Numbered from the stretch's first letter, positions 35,854-50,800 are shown. The stretch: 64,000 nucleotides of DNA from Hormiphora californensis (GCA_020137815.1 CM035361.1:6386001-6450000), one strand, 5' to 3'. Numbers and translations are program-made. Notes: a model not told the origin generated them from the sequence alone.

Positions 35854-38800
35854 ATGTCTTCAATGTTGACTTGGCTGATTTTGCTGATTAGTATCGGAGA
35901 TGTCTATGCTGGGCTGGGTTACCAATGTGAGTAAAAGAGGATGGGTAGAGGAAATTAACGGTATTTGACCCCGATATACCGGACAAAACCCTTTCCCTGG
36001 AGCATCCCGGTAAATCGGGGTCCGACTTCTACATTGCTTATAGAAATAAAGTCTTGATATTCTATGAAGTTGATAGACTCGTCATTATTATATCATCTAG
36101 CTGGAATTGGAAATAGTGGAAAATGACGGTCTAATTGTTGCCTATAATTGTTAGACCCTCTCTCGCTTTACAAATGGAGGGTTAATACATAACTAATTAC
36201 ATATATACCAATTCAGATCGGTGCGATTATCGGAAGTTTGGTACGGCTGGAGCGAGGTATGCTGAGAAGGACACCTCACAGAGCACCAGCATGTTTCGGA
36301 CGCTTCGGGAGGCCATGGATTCGTGTGATTTGGGTAAGTGCCAAGTCCCTACCAACCAGCCCCTTGCCCCATCTTGTCTCCCACTGTCACCTCTCTCTTA
36401 CCCTCTCTCACTGTCACCTCTCTCTTACCCTCTCCCACTGTCACCTCTCTTACCCTCTCCCACTGTCACCTCTCTCTTACCCTCTCCCACTGTCACCTCT
36501 CTCTTACCCTCTCCCACTGTCACCTCTCTCACCCTCTCCCACTGTCACCTCTCTTACCCTCTCCCACTGTCACCTCTCTTCCTAATATTATGTTAATCCC
36601 ATCTAATCCCATCTGCAGCTCTGTCGTGTAAGGGTGTAACCCAGGATGCATCCCTGGCCTCCACCCTGACCCCCACCAACCTGCCATATACTGCCATGAA
36701 GGGCGAGGTTACAACGGAGGATGCAACGAAATATACTAGCTGGGAAAAGCTGGAGTGCAGTGAGTATTAACTAACTAACTATTATTAGAACGTAAAATGT
36801 GAGCAATGAACTATCGAAAAGATAATTTACAATCGACATTATATCTAACGGCTCTCAAACGAGCAGTTGATTGGAATTTTATCCTTTAATTAACTAATTT
36901 CAACATGTTTCTAATAAGTTAAATATCTTTTAATCACACCACAGACGACGTTGAGGCGTATGGGAACACACGTAAAGTGCTGGGTATGTGGTTACCAGCC
37001 TCAGACAACACATACACACTCCCTACCCAAGCAAAATCTCTACCCGGTGATGCGGTCGTGGTTTCATTCACATATCTGGTAAGTTGAACAACCAATCAGA
37101 ACTCGTTATTTAGGTCACGTGACTGGTTATTAGCCAATCAGGGACCAGTAGTGGTTTCATTCACTTATCTGGTAAGTTAATTGGTAAACCTCGATTTACC
37201 GGCAGCCCCGATATACCGGGCAAAACCTTTACCCCGATGATCTAAGTAAATCGAGGTCCGGCTGTGGGAAAGGATTTCACCGGTATATATCTCGGAGTGA
37301 AATATTATCACAATTCCCTAAATAGGGTAATGTAATATTACATCGGGGGAGATTTTTTCAGGCCAATGCTCTGACCAGTGACCACGGTTCTAACGCACTC
37401 CGCGAGAATAGGGTCAGTCTGACCCTATTCTCGCGGAGTGCTGACCCGGTCAGACCAATGCTCTGACAGATTGTGATTGAACCATGTTCCCTCAGGGAGA
37501 TAAGTCTAAAGCAGAAAAGATAACAATTGAGGGCGGTTCGGGGGTTATAGGTGGGATTAACATTGATAACGCCGAACAATCCCTCACCGTGCTGAGCGGG
37601 ACAAAGGTAAACTCAACACTATCGCTCAATTTCATTACATATTCGTGCAGTTTAACTTCAATGACATGCATTGTTTTGAATTTTCCGCTTCATCAATCAA
37701 TTATTGTCTTCCCCCTGTAGACGCTCTATTATTATTGTTAATTATTGTCTTCCCCCTGTAGACGCTCTATTATTATTGTTAATTATTGTCTTCCCCCTGT
37801 AGACACTCACTGCAAACTGGGTAAACCTAGTGATTGACTCAGAAGTGGCACTTCTGTTTCAACTGGCGGATAAGGCTATTCTGATGACACTGGACGGGTA
37901 TCCTGTCAATACCACGGTGGATTACACTGCGGGAGGGGTGAAGACTGTTAAAACGGAAAATGTGGATGTGGTGAACGTACAGTACCAGGAACAGAGAGGT
38001 AGTTAATTAGTTAAATGATCAATTAGTGATAAATGTAAATTATAGAGTGTTGGTTAGTTGGTGATACTAAGCCGACGCTCTACCAAGCTCTTTGAGCGGT
38101 GTGTGACGCGGTGACTCCCGGAAACTGATTATCCCAATCACTTGCGTGAATGAGAGTGTTTTGAAGGACATGTTCCTCACCCTCTAACATCTTGGATAAT
38201 GTATTAATTAATTGTTATCTTTACACCTTTACCAAACAGATGAGGATTGCTAACATCTTTAACACCTTTAACACCTTTATCAAACATCTTAATATCATTT
38301 AGATGAGGATTGTTGGGATGGGTTATCAAGACAGACATACCTCGGTAAAATGAGCACCACTATCACCGGATCAACTTGCAAAAAGTGGAACGAAATCAAC
38401 GATCAACGAGGTAATTAGCTTTTAGATCTTTGTTGTCATGGCAACAGTTCCTAACAGCAACATAGCAACAGCTCCTAACAACAACATAGCAACAGTCCCT
38501 ATAACAACAATATAGCAAGAGTCCCTGACAACAACATAGCAACTGCAGTCCCTATAACAACAACATAACAACAGTTCCTAACAACAACATAGCAACAGCT
38601 CCTAACAACACCATAGCAACAGCTCCTAACAACACCATAGCAACAGCTCCTAACAACACCATAGCAACAGTTCCTAACAACAACATAGCAACAGTTCCTA
38701 GCAGCAACATAGCAACAGCTCCTATAACAACAACATAGCAACAGTTCCTAACAACAACATAGCAACAGTTCCTAGCAACAACATAGCAACAGTCCCTAAC

Positions 38801-41800
38801 AACAACATAGCAACAGTTCCTAACAGCAACATAGCAACAGTTCCTAACAACAACATAGCAACAGTTCCTAGCAACAACATAGCAACAGCTCCTATAACAA
38901 CAACATAGCAACAGTTCCTAGCAGCAACATAGCAACAGCTCCTATAACAACAACATAGCAACAGTCCCTAACAACAACATAGCAACAGTTCCTAGCAACA
39001 ACATAGCAACAGTCCCTAACAACAACATAGCAACAGTTCCTAACAGCAACATAGCAACAGTTCCTAACAACAACATAGCAACAGTTCCTAGCAACAACAT
39101 AGCAACAGCTCCTATAACAACAACATAGCAACAGTTCCTAGCAACAACATAGCAACAGCTCCTAACAACACCATAGCAACAGTTCCTAGCAGCAACATAA
39201 CAACAGTTCCTAGCAGCAACATAGCAACAGTTCCTAGCAGCAACATAGCAACAGTTCCTAGCAACAACATAGCAACAGTCCCTAACAACAACATAGCAAC
39301 AGTTCCTATAACAACAACATAGCAACAGTTCCTAACAACACCATAGCAACAGCTCCTAACAACAACATAGCAACAGCTCCTAACAACAACATAGCAAGAG
39401 TCCCTAACAACAACATAGCAACAGTTCCTAGCAGCAACATAGCAACAGTTCCTAGCAGCAACATAACAACAGTTCCTAGCAGCAACATAGCAACAGTTCC
39501 TAGCAGCAACATAACAACAGTTCCTAATAACAACATAGCAACAGTCCCTAACAACACCATAGCAACAGTTCCTAGCAGCAACATAACAACAGTTCCTAAC
39601 AACAACATAGCAACAGTCCCTAACAACACCATAGCAACAGTTCCTAGCAGCAACATAGCAACAGTTCCTAGCAGCAACATAGCAACAGTTCCTAGCAGCA
39701 ACATAACAACAGTTCCTAGTAACAACATAGCAACAGTCCCTAACAACACCATAGCAACAGTTCCTAGCAGCAACATAACAACAGTTCCTAGCAGCAACAT
39801 AGCAACAGTTCCTAGCAGCAACATAGCAACAGTTCCTAGCAGCAACATAGCAACAGCTCCTAGCAGCAACATAGCAACTGCAGTCCCTATAACAACATAG
39901 CAACAGCTCCTAGCAGCAACATAGCAAGAGTCCCTAACAACAACATAGCAACAGCAGTCCCTATAACAACACCATAGCAACAGTTCCTAGCAACAACATA
40001 GCAAGAGTCCCTAACAACAACATTCCCCCCCAACTCTAGCACTGGCAGGATGCCGGGAATACTTTGTTGTCATAGCAACAGTCCCTAACAACAACATTCC
40101 CCCAACTCTAGCACTGGCAGGATGCCGAGAATACTTTGACTTCCTTGGAGAACAATATCGAGGAAACTTAGCTGTTACTAAATCTGGTCTAACCTGTCAG
40201 AAGTGGTCTGTTCAAGAACCTCAGACTCACGTCTATACTCCCGAAAAGTAAGGAACCGACCGACACAACAACCAATCAGAACTCGTTATTTAGGTCACGT
40301 GACTGGTTATCAGCCAATCAGGGACCAGTATTTCCTGATTCGATCGGTTCCTAACACACAACCTCCCATCCAGTTATCCCCAGCGTGGTCTCGGTGATCA
40401 CAACTACTGTAGGAATCCTAGTAAAAGCACGTTGCCATGGTGCTATACTACCTCCTCGGGAACTCGCTGGGAATACTGTGACGTTCCAGTGTGCGGTAGG
40501 TTAAGAACTGTTACTAATTGGTTACTAAGGGATTACTAATTGGTTACTAAGGGGTATCAATGACACAATAAATCCCTCAGTTCTAAAAGGAGGATTCTGG
40601 GGTGTTAAGCCAGGTGGTGCTATGATACAGGGTTTGTGGGATTACCAAAATATGTACAGTTATTCAACGATTTATTACAAGTAAGTCTTAATTGTTGTTT
40701 ATATATTACTTTTTCAACGTTTGCCTCTCAAATATAACGTTCTCAACAGCTAAAATAGAACAGGAACTTAAATTCATAAAGCAGATATTTATCGTTTCTG
40801 TACAACAAGCTAATTCAAAAGCCAGCGTAGTAATCAATTGTTACGTTCTAACCCTCCTAACCATATTACAGTCGGACCCCGATTTAGTGACCCCCGATTT
40901 AGTGGCAGGATCCCCCCCCCCCCCCCCCCGAGGATGCCACTAAATCGGGGTCCGACTGTACCTCCTAACCATTTCAATGAGGTATTGCCGTGCACCGGGG
41001 TCGAACAAGTAATTACAAGTAATTACAAGTAATTACCCCCCCCCATTTCAGTATTGACTACAAGAAATCAGTAGACCTATCAGTGGAGCTCCTAACGGCC
41101 GCTTCAGCGACCACGGTCAAGTTCATGATCCCCAGCGCGACAGAAACCACAAAACCTTACATCCAGGATGCTGCCGGGGACAAAACGGTAAGTTTTCTAT
41201 CAGGGGGGGGGGTCAAAAAGGCAAAGTTAATGCTATGATGCCTCATGGTAACCGCTCTTATCAAATTAATGCTATGATGCCTCATGGTAACCATGGTTAC
41301 TATGGTTACCATGGTTACATATATATTTGGTCAGGAGTGCACGAGACTGGCGGGGGAGTTTTCCTTGACTGATGGCACTGCCTTCTTGGGTATTATCAAC
41401 ATTACCAGCACGGGATATGATTGGACAATGAACGGGTACTACTGTGGCCATCACCCCCATCCAGGTACGGTATTACTGTGGCCATCACCCCCATCCAGGT
41501 ACGGTATTACTGTGGCCATCACCCCCATCCAGGTACGGTATTACTGTGGCCATCACCCCCATCCAGGTACGGTATTACTGTGGCCATCACCCCCATCCAG
41601 GTACGGTATTACTGTGGCCATCACCCCCATCCAGGTACGGTATTACTGTGGACATCACCCCCATCCAGGTACTTGCTATGTTCCTCCCTTTACATTTGTA
41701 AACACAGTCTAGCCAGGCAACACAGTCTAGCCATCCAGGTGCAATCAGCTGATATATTACAATCGGACCCCGATCGGAACCTCGATTTACCGGGCAAACA

Positions 41801-44800
41801 CTTCCCCGAGCATCCCGGTAAATCGGGGTCTGACTGTACAATAATAACTTGTGATTATTTTGTATCACATTTGCAGCTCCTAATCATGCTAGTAAACAAA
41901 TACTAGGGGTTCAAAAACTGCAGCTTCTGTAGTCATTACAACAAGAAAGTTGACACGCTTTTCAACCTTTTCAGATTGTTAGCACGGGGAGGTCTAAAAA
42001 AAACCTTTTCAGATCCTTTAGAAGTTGTTCGGCCGACCACTGCGGAACTAAGTACCACATACAAAGACGGTTCGGGTAATGCACTTTACCCTGCTTCCCG
42101 CTGTATAGACAACAATGTGGCGACCTACGGAGAGGCTGATGAGGCTGATCAATCCTCCTGGCTGCTCATGAAGTTCTCCGACACAGATCGCCAAGTTAAA
42201 AAGGTCACTCTGGTTCTATACAGGTAAACAACCAATCATAACTCGTTGTTTAGATCACGTGACTGGTTATCAGCCAATCAGGGACCAGTATTTCAACTGA
42301 TCGCCAAGTTAAAAAGGTCACTCTGATTCTCTTTAGCACTGCTATGGGAGCAACTGAGGATAATGTTAAAATGGTTGCTAAACTGATGACGGATGCAGTG
42401 GTCTATGTGGTAGACAGTGCTGCAAAGAAAACCCAGTGTGGTGTGGTGGAACTAAATACAGATGATACCAGCTCAGCAGGGCAGACATACAGCTGGGCAT
42501 GTACGATAACTGGAACCCATGTCCGTGTGGAGAGCAAGGCAGGGACGTTTGACTGGTTTAACGGGGAAACAAAGTACCACCATGTTCTCGTTGCAGAGTG
42601 TACTGTTTCTGTTGTAAAACTAACTACAGGTAAGCAGCTACTCATTGTAAACACCCAATCAGAACTCGTTGTTTAGATCACGTGACTGGTTATCAGCCAA
42701 TCAGGGACCAGTATTTCCTGATTCGGTCGGTTCCTGGTTATAATTGTCTCAAAAAATACTACCCTCTCAGCTCTGATCTCAAATTGTTATGTTCTAACCC
42801 TCCTTTACATTTGTAAACACGCGCGAAACACAGTCTAGCTAGGCAAATCTCAAAGGGGCATTGTCAATCCGCTCTACAGTACCAATACACATATTATTAA
42901 AGTGTACTAATGCACAAACAAACATTTCCCAGTCCATAAAGAGATAAAAAAGTTCAAAATAACGAAATCATCGTCTACCTATACATCTACTACCTACTTC
43001 AAGGGATTTAACATGAACAAAGGTACATGGTAATTGATAATTAATTAATAATAATTATAATATTCTGAGGTCTCAATGGTTATTAATAGCCGTGACAGCT
43101 GAACCTGTGATTCAGGCACGACTATTCCGGGAATAGTATCCCCCCTCCGCTTGTTGAGTACTCAACAACCCCCCTCCACGGGATGGCAATGCCAGTACGG
43201 CCACAAAAGCTGACGTGTTTTCCTTAATACGTGGTCGATCTGTAATCATAGTTTAATTAAACTGGAAATTAGAACTGCAATGAACTACTGCTAAACCCGT
43301 ACCCTTAATATAGCCACTCAATTATAGAGTCCAGCTCCTAGATCATTAAATTATCAACCATTCAGTGAATTTAAAGCTCAGCTATACATCATCAAATTAT
43401 CAACACCCCACAGACAGCGTTGGTATAGGATCAGTATCCCAGTCAGCCACTGCCAATGATAATACTGCTAGTAAGGCGGTGGACGGTGACCCCGACAGTT
43501 ATAGTGAAACGTCATGTGGTGTTGCTAACCCCTGGCTAAAGGTAACAAACTTTAGTACAGTCAGCTGCTACGATTTATCGGGAGAAAAAATGGATGATTA
43601 AAGTGTATCAGCGAAACAGCAACGAACTGGCTGCGTGCATCGTTGCTCATGTGAATATCTAAGATGAGATCGTTACATGTGTATCGAATGGTCAGTTCGT
43701 TGCTGTTTCGCCTAGAATAACATCAATCACCAAATGTTTTAAAATTCAATTTCAGATTCCATTCGATGGAAAATACAATGTTTGGGGTGTAAGGGTTGTA
43801 AACAGGCTGGACACTCCTACTAACTGGAAAAAGTATGGTCGCTGTCTGTATATAAATAGTGTTAGTAGAGTATACCGGCGGCCTCTAGGGTTGAACAACA
43901 TATGTAAACACGGTGGTTTGTTAACAGTTTCGGCGTCAACGCCTTCTTCAGAACTAAAGAAAATGGTAACTTTACAAAATAAATATATCTCGTTAGATCA
44001 ACTAAATAAATTACTACAACACAACTAAAGACTAAAACGACCACAAGTACTAAAAACGTCTACAACGACCTAAAAATTCTAAAACGACAAATAACTACTA
44101 AAACCAAAAACTAGAGAACTAACTATGAAACGAACACACAGGTCAAAAACGGGTCAAGAAAAGAGAGGGGGAAAGAGAGAGCAAGGGAGGTGCACCCAAA
44201 TATGGTATAACTCACCAGAGGGAAAAACCGGTTATACTAGGTTGGACAGGCTGCAATATAAGTTACAGCTCGCACCCAGTATTAAGGTGGTTAACCATCC
44301 TAGGGGCCACGATAAGAGACGCTGATACCGGAACCCAACACAATATGAATAATAAATAAATAAACGCTAATAAAACCATAAAATCAAGGAGCTAGGGGGT
44401 TAGGGGGGGGGGGGGCGGGGGGACAAGTATGGGTAACTGTCGTTTGTAGTTCAAGTTTGTCATTGAGGGAGGGTGAATGTGATGTGATCAATACTGCCTC
44501 CAGTGCCTTCCTCCGTACTGTTTTCTTCTCAATTCCTAAAATTGTTAGAGAGATATCGGCAGGTTGGGAGGGGTGTACCTGGAGGTAGTGCTGACCCATG
44601 GCGTTGTTAGGGTAGGACGAAGGACGTCCCGCCGCTCGGAGGTGTTCACTCAACCTGTCGTGTATCGGTCGGTAGGTCTCACCAATATAAGTGGCTTCAC
44701 ACTTATTACACAGTAGTTTGTAGACAGCACCTCTGGTGTTGCACCCACCTTTCTCGATCAACGGACAAAGTTTACAATTAACAGGGTTATTCAGACTACA

Positions 44801-47800
44801 CTTAGGCGAGTCTAGTGGCCTCGAAGCAGTGAGGGTTGACCGAAGTGTACGACCTGGTAAGAATACAGGTGTTATGGGTAATTTCTTCTTCTTCAGGTAA
44901 GCACGTACTCGTTTAGTCTCCCCTTCTGTAGTGTACGGGAGGGTCAGTATCGTGTAATTGTCACTGTTGTGCTTACGTGACCCTTTGTTTTTTCCCGTTG
45001 TTGGGGGGTTGGGTTTGTATCCGTTCCTCACAAGTAGGTCATTGACCATCCCAAACGAGTGCTCCAGTTCTTCAGGAGAGGAGGTCTCCTCCGCAGTGCG
45101 ATAGTAGGCCTCGACAACCGCTTGTTTAGTTTTATCCTGGTGGTGGGATCGTTGGTTAAGGGTGATGGACTTGTTGGTGGGTTTGCGGTAGTACCTAGTA
45201 CTCAAATACCCTTCAGATGTAACTTTAATCTCTGTGTCGAGAAAGGGCACCCACTCACCTGGTTGGTTTGGAAAATCAACTTCCCAGGCTATGCGTCCGA
45301 TACACGACAGGTTGAGTGAACACCTCCGAGCGGCGGGACGTCCTTCGTCCTACCCTAACAACGCCATGGGTCAGCACTACCTCCAGGTACACCCCTCCCA
45401 ACCTGCCGATATCTCTCTAACAATTTTAGGAATTGAGAAGAAAACAGTACGGAGGAAGGCACTGGAGGCAGTATTGATCACATCACATTCACCCTCCCTC
45501 AATGACAAACTTGAACTACAAACGACAGTTACCCATACTTGTCCCCCCGCCCCCCCCCCCTAACCCCCTAGCTCCTTGATTTTTTGATTTATTAGCGTTT
45601 AATTATTTATTTATTCTTATTATGTTGGGTTCCGGTATCAGCGTCTCTTTTCGTGGCCCCCAGGATGGTTAACCACTTTAATACTGGGTGCGAGCTGTAA
45701 CATATATTGCAGCCTGGCCAACCTAGGCTAACCGGTTTTTCCCTCTGGTGAGTTATACCATATTTGGGTACACCTCCCTTGCTCTCTCTTTCCCCCTCTC
45801 TTTTCTTGACCCGTTTTTGACCTGTGTGCTCGTTTCATAGTTAGTTCTCTAGTTTTTTGGTTTTAGTAGTTATTTGTCGTTTTAGAATTTTTAGGTCGTT
45901 GTAGACGTTTTTTTTAGTTTTTAGTACTTGTGGTCGTTTTAGTCTTTAGTTGTGTTGCAGTAATTTATTTAGTTGATCTAACGAGATATTTATTTTGTAA
46001 AGTTACCATTTTCTTTAGTTCTGAAGAAGGCGTTGACGCCGAAACTGTTAACAAACCACCGTGTTTACCTATGTTGTTCAACCCTAGAGGCCGCCGGTAT
46101 ACTCTACTAACACTATTTATCTTCATGCGGCTCATAAACATTTGGCCAATCCAATCTTTGTCTGTATATATATATGATTGCTGTCTGTATATATGATTGC
46201 TGTCTGTATATATGATTGCTGTCTGTATATATGATTGCTGTCTGTATATATGATTGCTGTCTGTATATATGATTGCTGTCTGTATGTATGATTGCTGTCT
46301 GTATATATGATTGCTGTCTGTATATATGATTGCTGTCTGTATATATGATCGCTGTCTGTATATATGATCGCTGTCTGTATGTATGATCGCTGTCTGTATG
46401 TATGATCGCTGTCTATATGTATGATCGCTGTCTGTATGATTGCTGTCTGTATGTATGATCGCTGTATGTATATGTTTTACTGTTTAGCCCCATCTGAGCA
46501 CAGCAGGATGGCACAGCGATGATATGTTGGCTCTTTTCCTGTTTAATTAATTCTATTCGACGTATTTCAGATCGGTAGGGTTAGAGGTTGTGTTACAGAG
46601 GGATGGAGTTGAGGTGGATACATGTGGGTCACTCTCCGCTGACGATGTAAAGTACCCGCCTGTTAACACCGACTGGTACACTGTAGCAAGAGATAGGGGT
46701 TTTCTTAACGCTGTGATTGAGGATAACATGGTGAGTTAATTGATCTTTGAACAAGGTCATATTGAGCAGGAACCGACCGACACAAGTAAACAACCAATCA
46801 GAACTCGTTATTTAGGTCACGTGACTGGTTATCATCCAATTCATAGCGCTGGCAAATCCTCCACCGTTTCAGGTTGAGATTAAGACGACAGCGGGAACGA
46901 CAGACGACAATCCGGTGGTTTTTGCCTACATAGATAATTTGAGGGGATCATTTGGAACTTTAACTTTAGGTAAAGGAACTTTTTATTAGATTTATTAGAA
47001 CGCTTGTAAAGGGATTTCTGGTAAAGGATTTATTAGATTTATTAGAATGCTTGAATTCCGTTCTCTCTACTGTGTCATGAAACACGTGAAAACAACTGTG
47101 TCTGATTGTTCGCAATAAAACCCTGCACTTCATATTAGTTAAATCGGGGTCCGACTGTAGTATACTAATATATATCATATCTCTGCAGGGTCCAAGGCAA
47201 CGTTGAGTGGGTGCAGTGGAGAAGGAACCTACGCATCCACTCCCTCCGGGGCCGGTTCTTGGATAATCATAAAATCAGGACTCACAGTCTTCGGATGGTA
47301 CGTGTCACACACGTGTATTTCTACATGTGTAAACATTAATAAATCACTGAGTTATTTTTGTTATGTTGGGAGAATTCCTGCTGGATCAGTATTTATCAAA
47401 CAGGATAGAAACAATCCTTGTGTTTTACTAACACATTCTTTAAATTTTTAATATGCTATCTTGCATTGTTCTGCTTCTGTGCATGGACATGTCAACCTCA
47501 CTGCTTATATATTCAAAATGTGTTAGTAAAACACGATTATTGTTTCTATTCTGTTTTTTACATACTGATTAAACAAGAGTTCTCCCAACATAACAAAAAT
47601 ATCTCAGTGATGGGTGGGTCGATTTTGAGCGGCAAAAACGCAAAATGCTCAGAGAGCTAATCTCTACTACCTACAACAAACTTGTCCGATTCTGATTCGG
47701 TCCACTCTCACTTTAATAAACTAATTGATATAAACCACCTATAACAGGTACAAACTAATTTATAAACCACCTATAACAGGTACAGCGGACAATTTTCCTT

Positions 47801-50800
47801 TACCCTGACAACATCTGGGACGAGTTGCAAGACAAAGTACCATGCCCGGGGTATCAAGTTTACATCAGCCGACAAGGCATCCAGTCAATGGAGAATTAGG
47901 AGTAAGTGACGTGGGGAGACCGGAGAAGTATGGGGTAAAGGCTCATGTTGTAACCATGGTTGTAACTATGGTAACTAGCTGTTCGCTATATATTCTGTAT
48001 CGAGGATGTTGAGATAACGTATTTAATTTTCTGTAGATGGAGGTGGGAACATAGCCCCTCGAGGAACTACAACGAGTTCCGACAGTTCGCCAGAAACACT
48101 GACAGATCTTAATTATAACACGTAAGATAATTAATTGATTACCACTGTGATTTGTGGGGATTGCGTCCTCAGGAGAACTCGACAGGGCAATGAAATTTTC
48201 CTGAAGTACTGTACAATAACAAACACGAGTGTTTTAACAGAAAACAATTGTTTTCTAAAACACTCGTGTTTGTTATTGTAATTAATTGATTAAGTTAATA
48301 AGTGGAGATAATTAATGTTATATGTAGGGCATCACATGTGTGTGTTGAGATGGAACTACTATAGGGCAACTACCACATTTTTGCCATTATATCTTTTTCC
48401 CCGAATTCTGATCTACTCGACCGCTTTCTTTACGTGTTTGAATAACATACTATCTTTCAGAGTCTTCAAATCAAGCAATGGTGGGTGGGCTAAGATCACA
48501 TTTGACACGACTGCCTATATTTTTGGCTTTGGGTTACATGTCAATCGGAATACTGGAGAGGACGCACAGTAAGTTAAAGCTTATTCTATACGATAATGTT
48601 GAAATATACTTTTTACTTAGGATATTGTATTAAATATTATACCAAAACTAATTGAAATTAGTAGGCCGGAAAGGTTGCCCTATGATTTGAGCTACCTTTG
48701 CCACCGTAACATTCACGGGGTACAGACAGGGTATAACCGATGCTTCTTCTGTCTTCAAAAATATATACTGGTGCCAAAGGTAGCTCAAATCATAGGGCAA
48801 CCTTTCCGGCCTACTAATTTCAATTAGTTTTGGTATAATTTGCATCATTTTTGGGATTTTTTATCCATTTAGATGTAGTAGAACAGGTAAGGAGATGATG
48901 GAATCGCGAATTTGCAAAATTTTCATTTTTGACGTCATTTTGACGTCATAAAATGACGTCACGTCGTTATGACGTCATAATGATGACGTCATATCATCGG
49001 GATTACCTAGATGAAGATACTGACCAAGTTTGAGATCAATTGGATGAGATTTGAGTCCGCTATGGCGAAAAAACCCATATCGTCATATCTATTTTTAAAC
49101 AGTCATAACACTTTAGACGCGTTTTAAGACCCTTATACGTCTAGTTTTGAAAATTCGCGGTCTAGTTTCTGAAAGTTCAGACAATTCTCTTTCCATGATA
49201 TACTCTTCGATTTTCGATTAGAATCCGTCTTCAGGGTGTAAATTGAGCTCAAAGAATTTTGTTCAGAGTCTGAAAAATGACGACTTTAAGACGTTTTGTA
49301 GGACGTTCCTGGGGATGATGGAAAACCTCACCCCGCTAATAACACAATAATTGAGTAGATCTACAACCTAGTGAAAACGAGAAGTCTCTATCTCTTTCCG
49401 TTCGTTCAGAACCGTGTTCAAAAAAAGCATCTCTCCTACGCGCGCGCGCGTGTCCGTTACACTGAATCTATAGCAAATGGGACCAGTCTGTAACTTCGGA
49501 CCCAGATGAGATAGAGACTTCAAATTTTCAACATGAGTCAAAGACCCCAAGCCGGGTATTCATTCCAAATTTCAAGTCAAACCGATAAAAGAGAGCCACG
49601 CTATAGCCTTTTGAAATCCGGCTTTTTCAGCCAAACACCCATAAAACGTATAACTGCGTTTCTGGCAGCGCTTTTTTGGGGGGGGGGGGAATGGCAACCT
49701 TTGCGCTTGCCAGCGCAGTGATATGCACTGAACTGCTGTTCAAATTACTGTAGACATTATTACTGTAGACATTATGTATACTTTTTAGGTTCTGGCAAAT
49801 AAATGATTCCGGATAATTTCGGGGTCTGATTGTAATATCGTGTACAATTTAACAGTAATTATATCATCATCAGGATGGCGGGATTACAGATATTGGTAGA
49901 TTCCACCAGTACACCGATTGAGAGCGTTACCAAGGTCGACAACCAACAATACTACTTTTATGGGTAAGAACTGATTGAGAGTGTTACCAAGGTCGACAAC
50001 CAACAATACTACTTTTATGGGTAAGATTAAGGGTACGCTAACCAAAATTTTTTTTCGAGTGCAGGGAAATCTCTCACCGTAGGGTTGTAGGCCATGCCAA
50101 GGAGACCTCAAATATGCAATTTGAGCTCTCAAGTCGAATTCATATTTTTGCTACAGCTGCTTGAAAAATGAACTGAAAATAAGTTTTTGGCATCTCAAAA
50201 ATTTTTTTTCAAAGATAGGAGCATGAAAATTTGGGGATTTGAAGAGGACATGAAGGTGAATAACCACAAAAATTTTTTTTGCAATCCGAGCTGATTTCCG
50301 GTCCTGAGATGGATTTCTTTTTTTCCACTTTAACGCCCTATTTGGCAAAGTTCCGAAAACATGTGAAAGCTGTAAATTGGTGAAAAGTTGCGTCTAACGA
50401 TTATCTAAGTGGCCATAAATTTTGGGCGTGTCCTTATTTGAGATAAGCTGTACGGAGTTTTTTTTGTGAAAGCCGTCATTTCAGAAATACATAAATTCCC
50501 TGTATCTCAAAAACGGCTGATCGTAGAGACCTGAGACTATGCTTAAACGATTCAGAAGGTCCGATTTTGGGGGGGTCTTCTGAGAGACATTTTGCTCCTA
50601 CTTCAACCGTTTTTGCTGTAATTGCGAAAAACAAATTCTATGAAAAGGGCAAAAGCTAAACTCCAATATCCTGTAATTACGGAATTTTAGCTAAGAAAGG
50701 ACCGAAACTATGGAAAAATGTTTAACAAGCTAATTCCTTCACTATTTGGTCCATATGGGTCCCTATAATCATCAAAAACAAAATCACAAAAAATCCACGA

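Larger units (their letters stand above)
43854..46118 (-). mobile_element. 5'-truncated Penelope-like retroelement (RT C-terminus + GIY-YIG endonuclease) with inverted pseudo-LTRs
   Basis: ORF 44384-45250 reads PFLD..YRKPT..SHH..K (RT thumb), LPY, and [35 protein letters not shown] (GIY-YIG). Segment ~43854-44670 is the reverse complement of ~45296-46118. Confidence 0.92.

Noticed and set aside
38499-39980. Cys-rich / hydrophobic repeat ORFs
   Set aside because: They are translations of an intronic 24-bp minisatellite.
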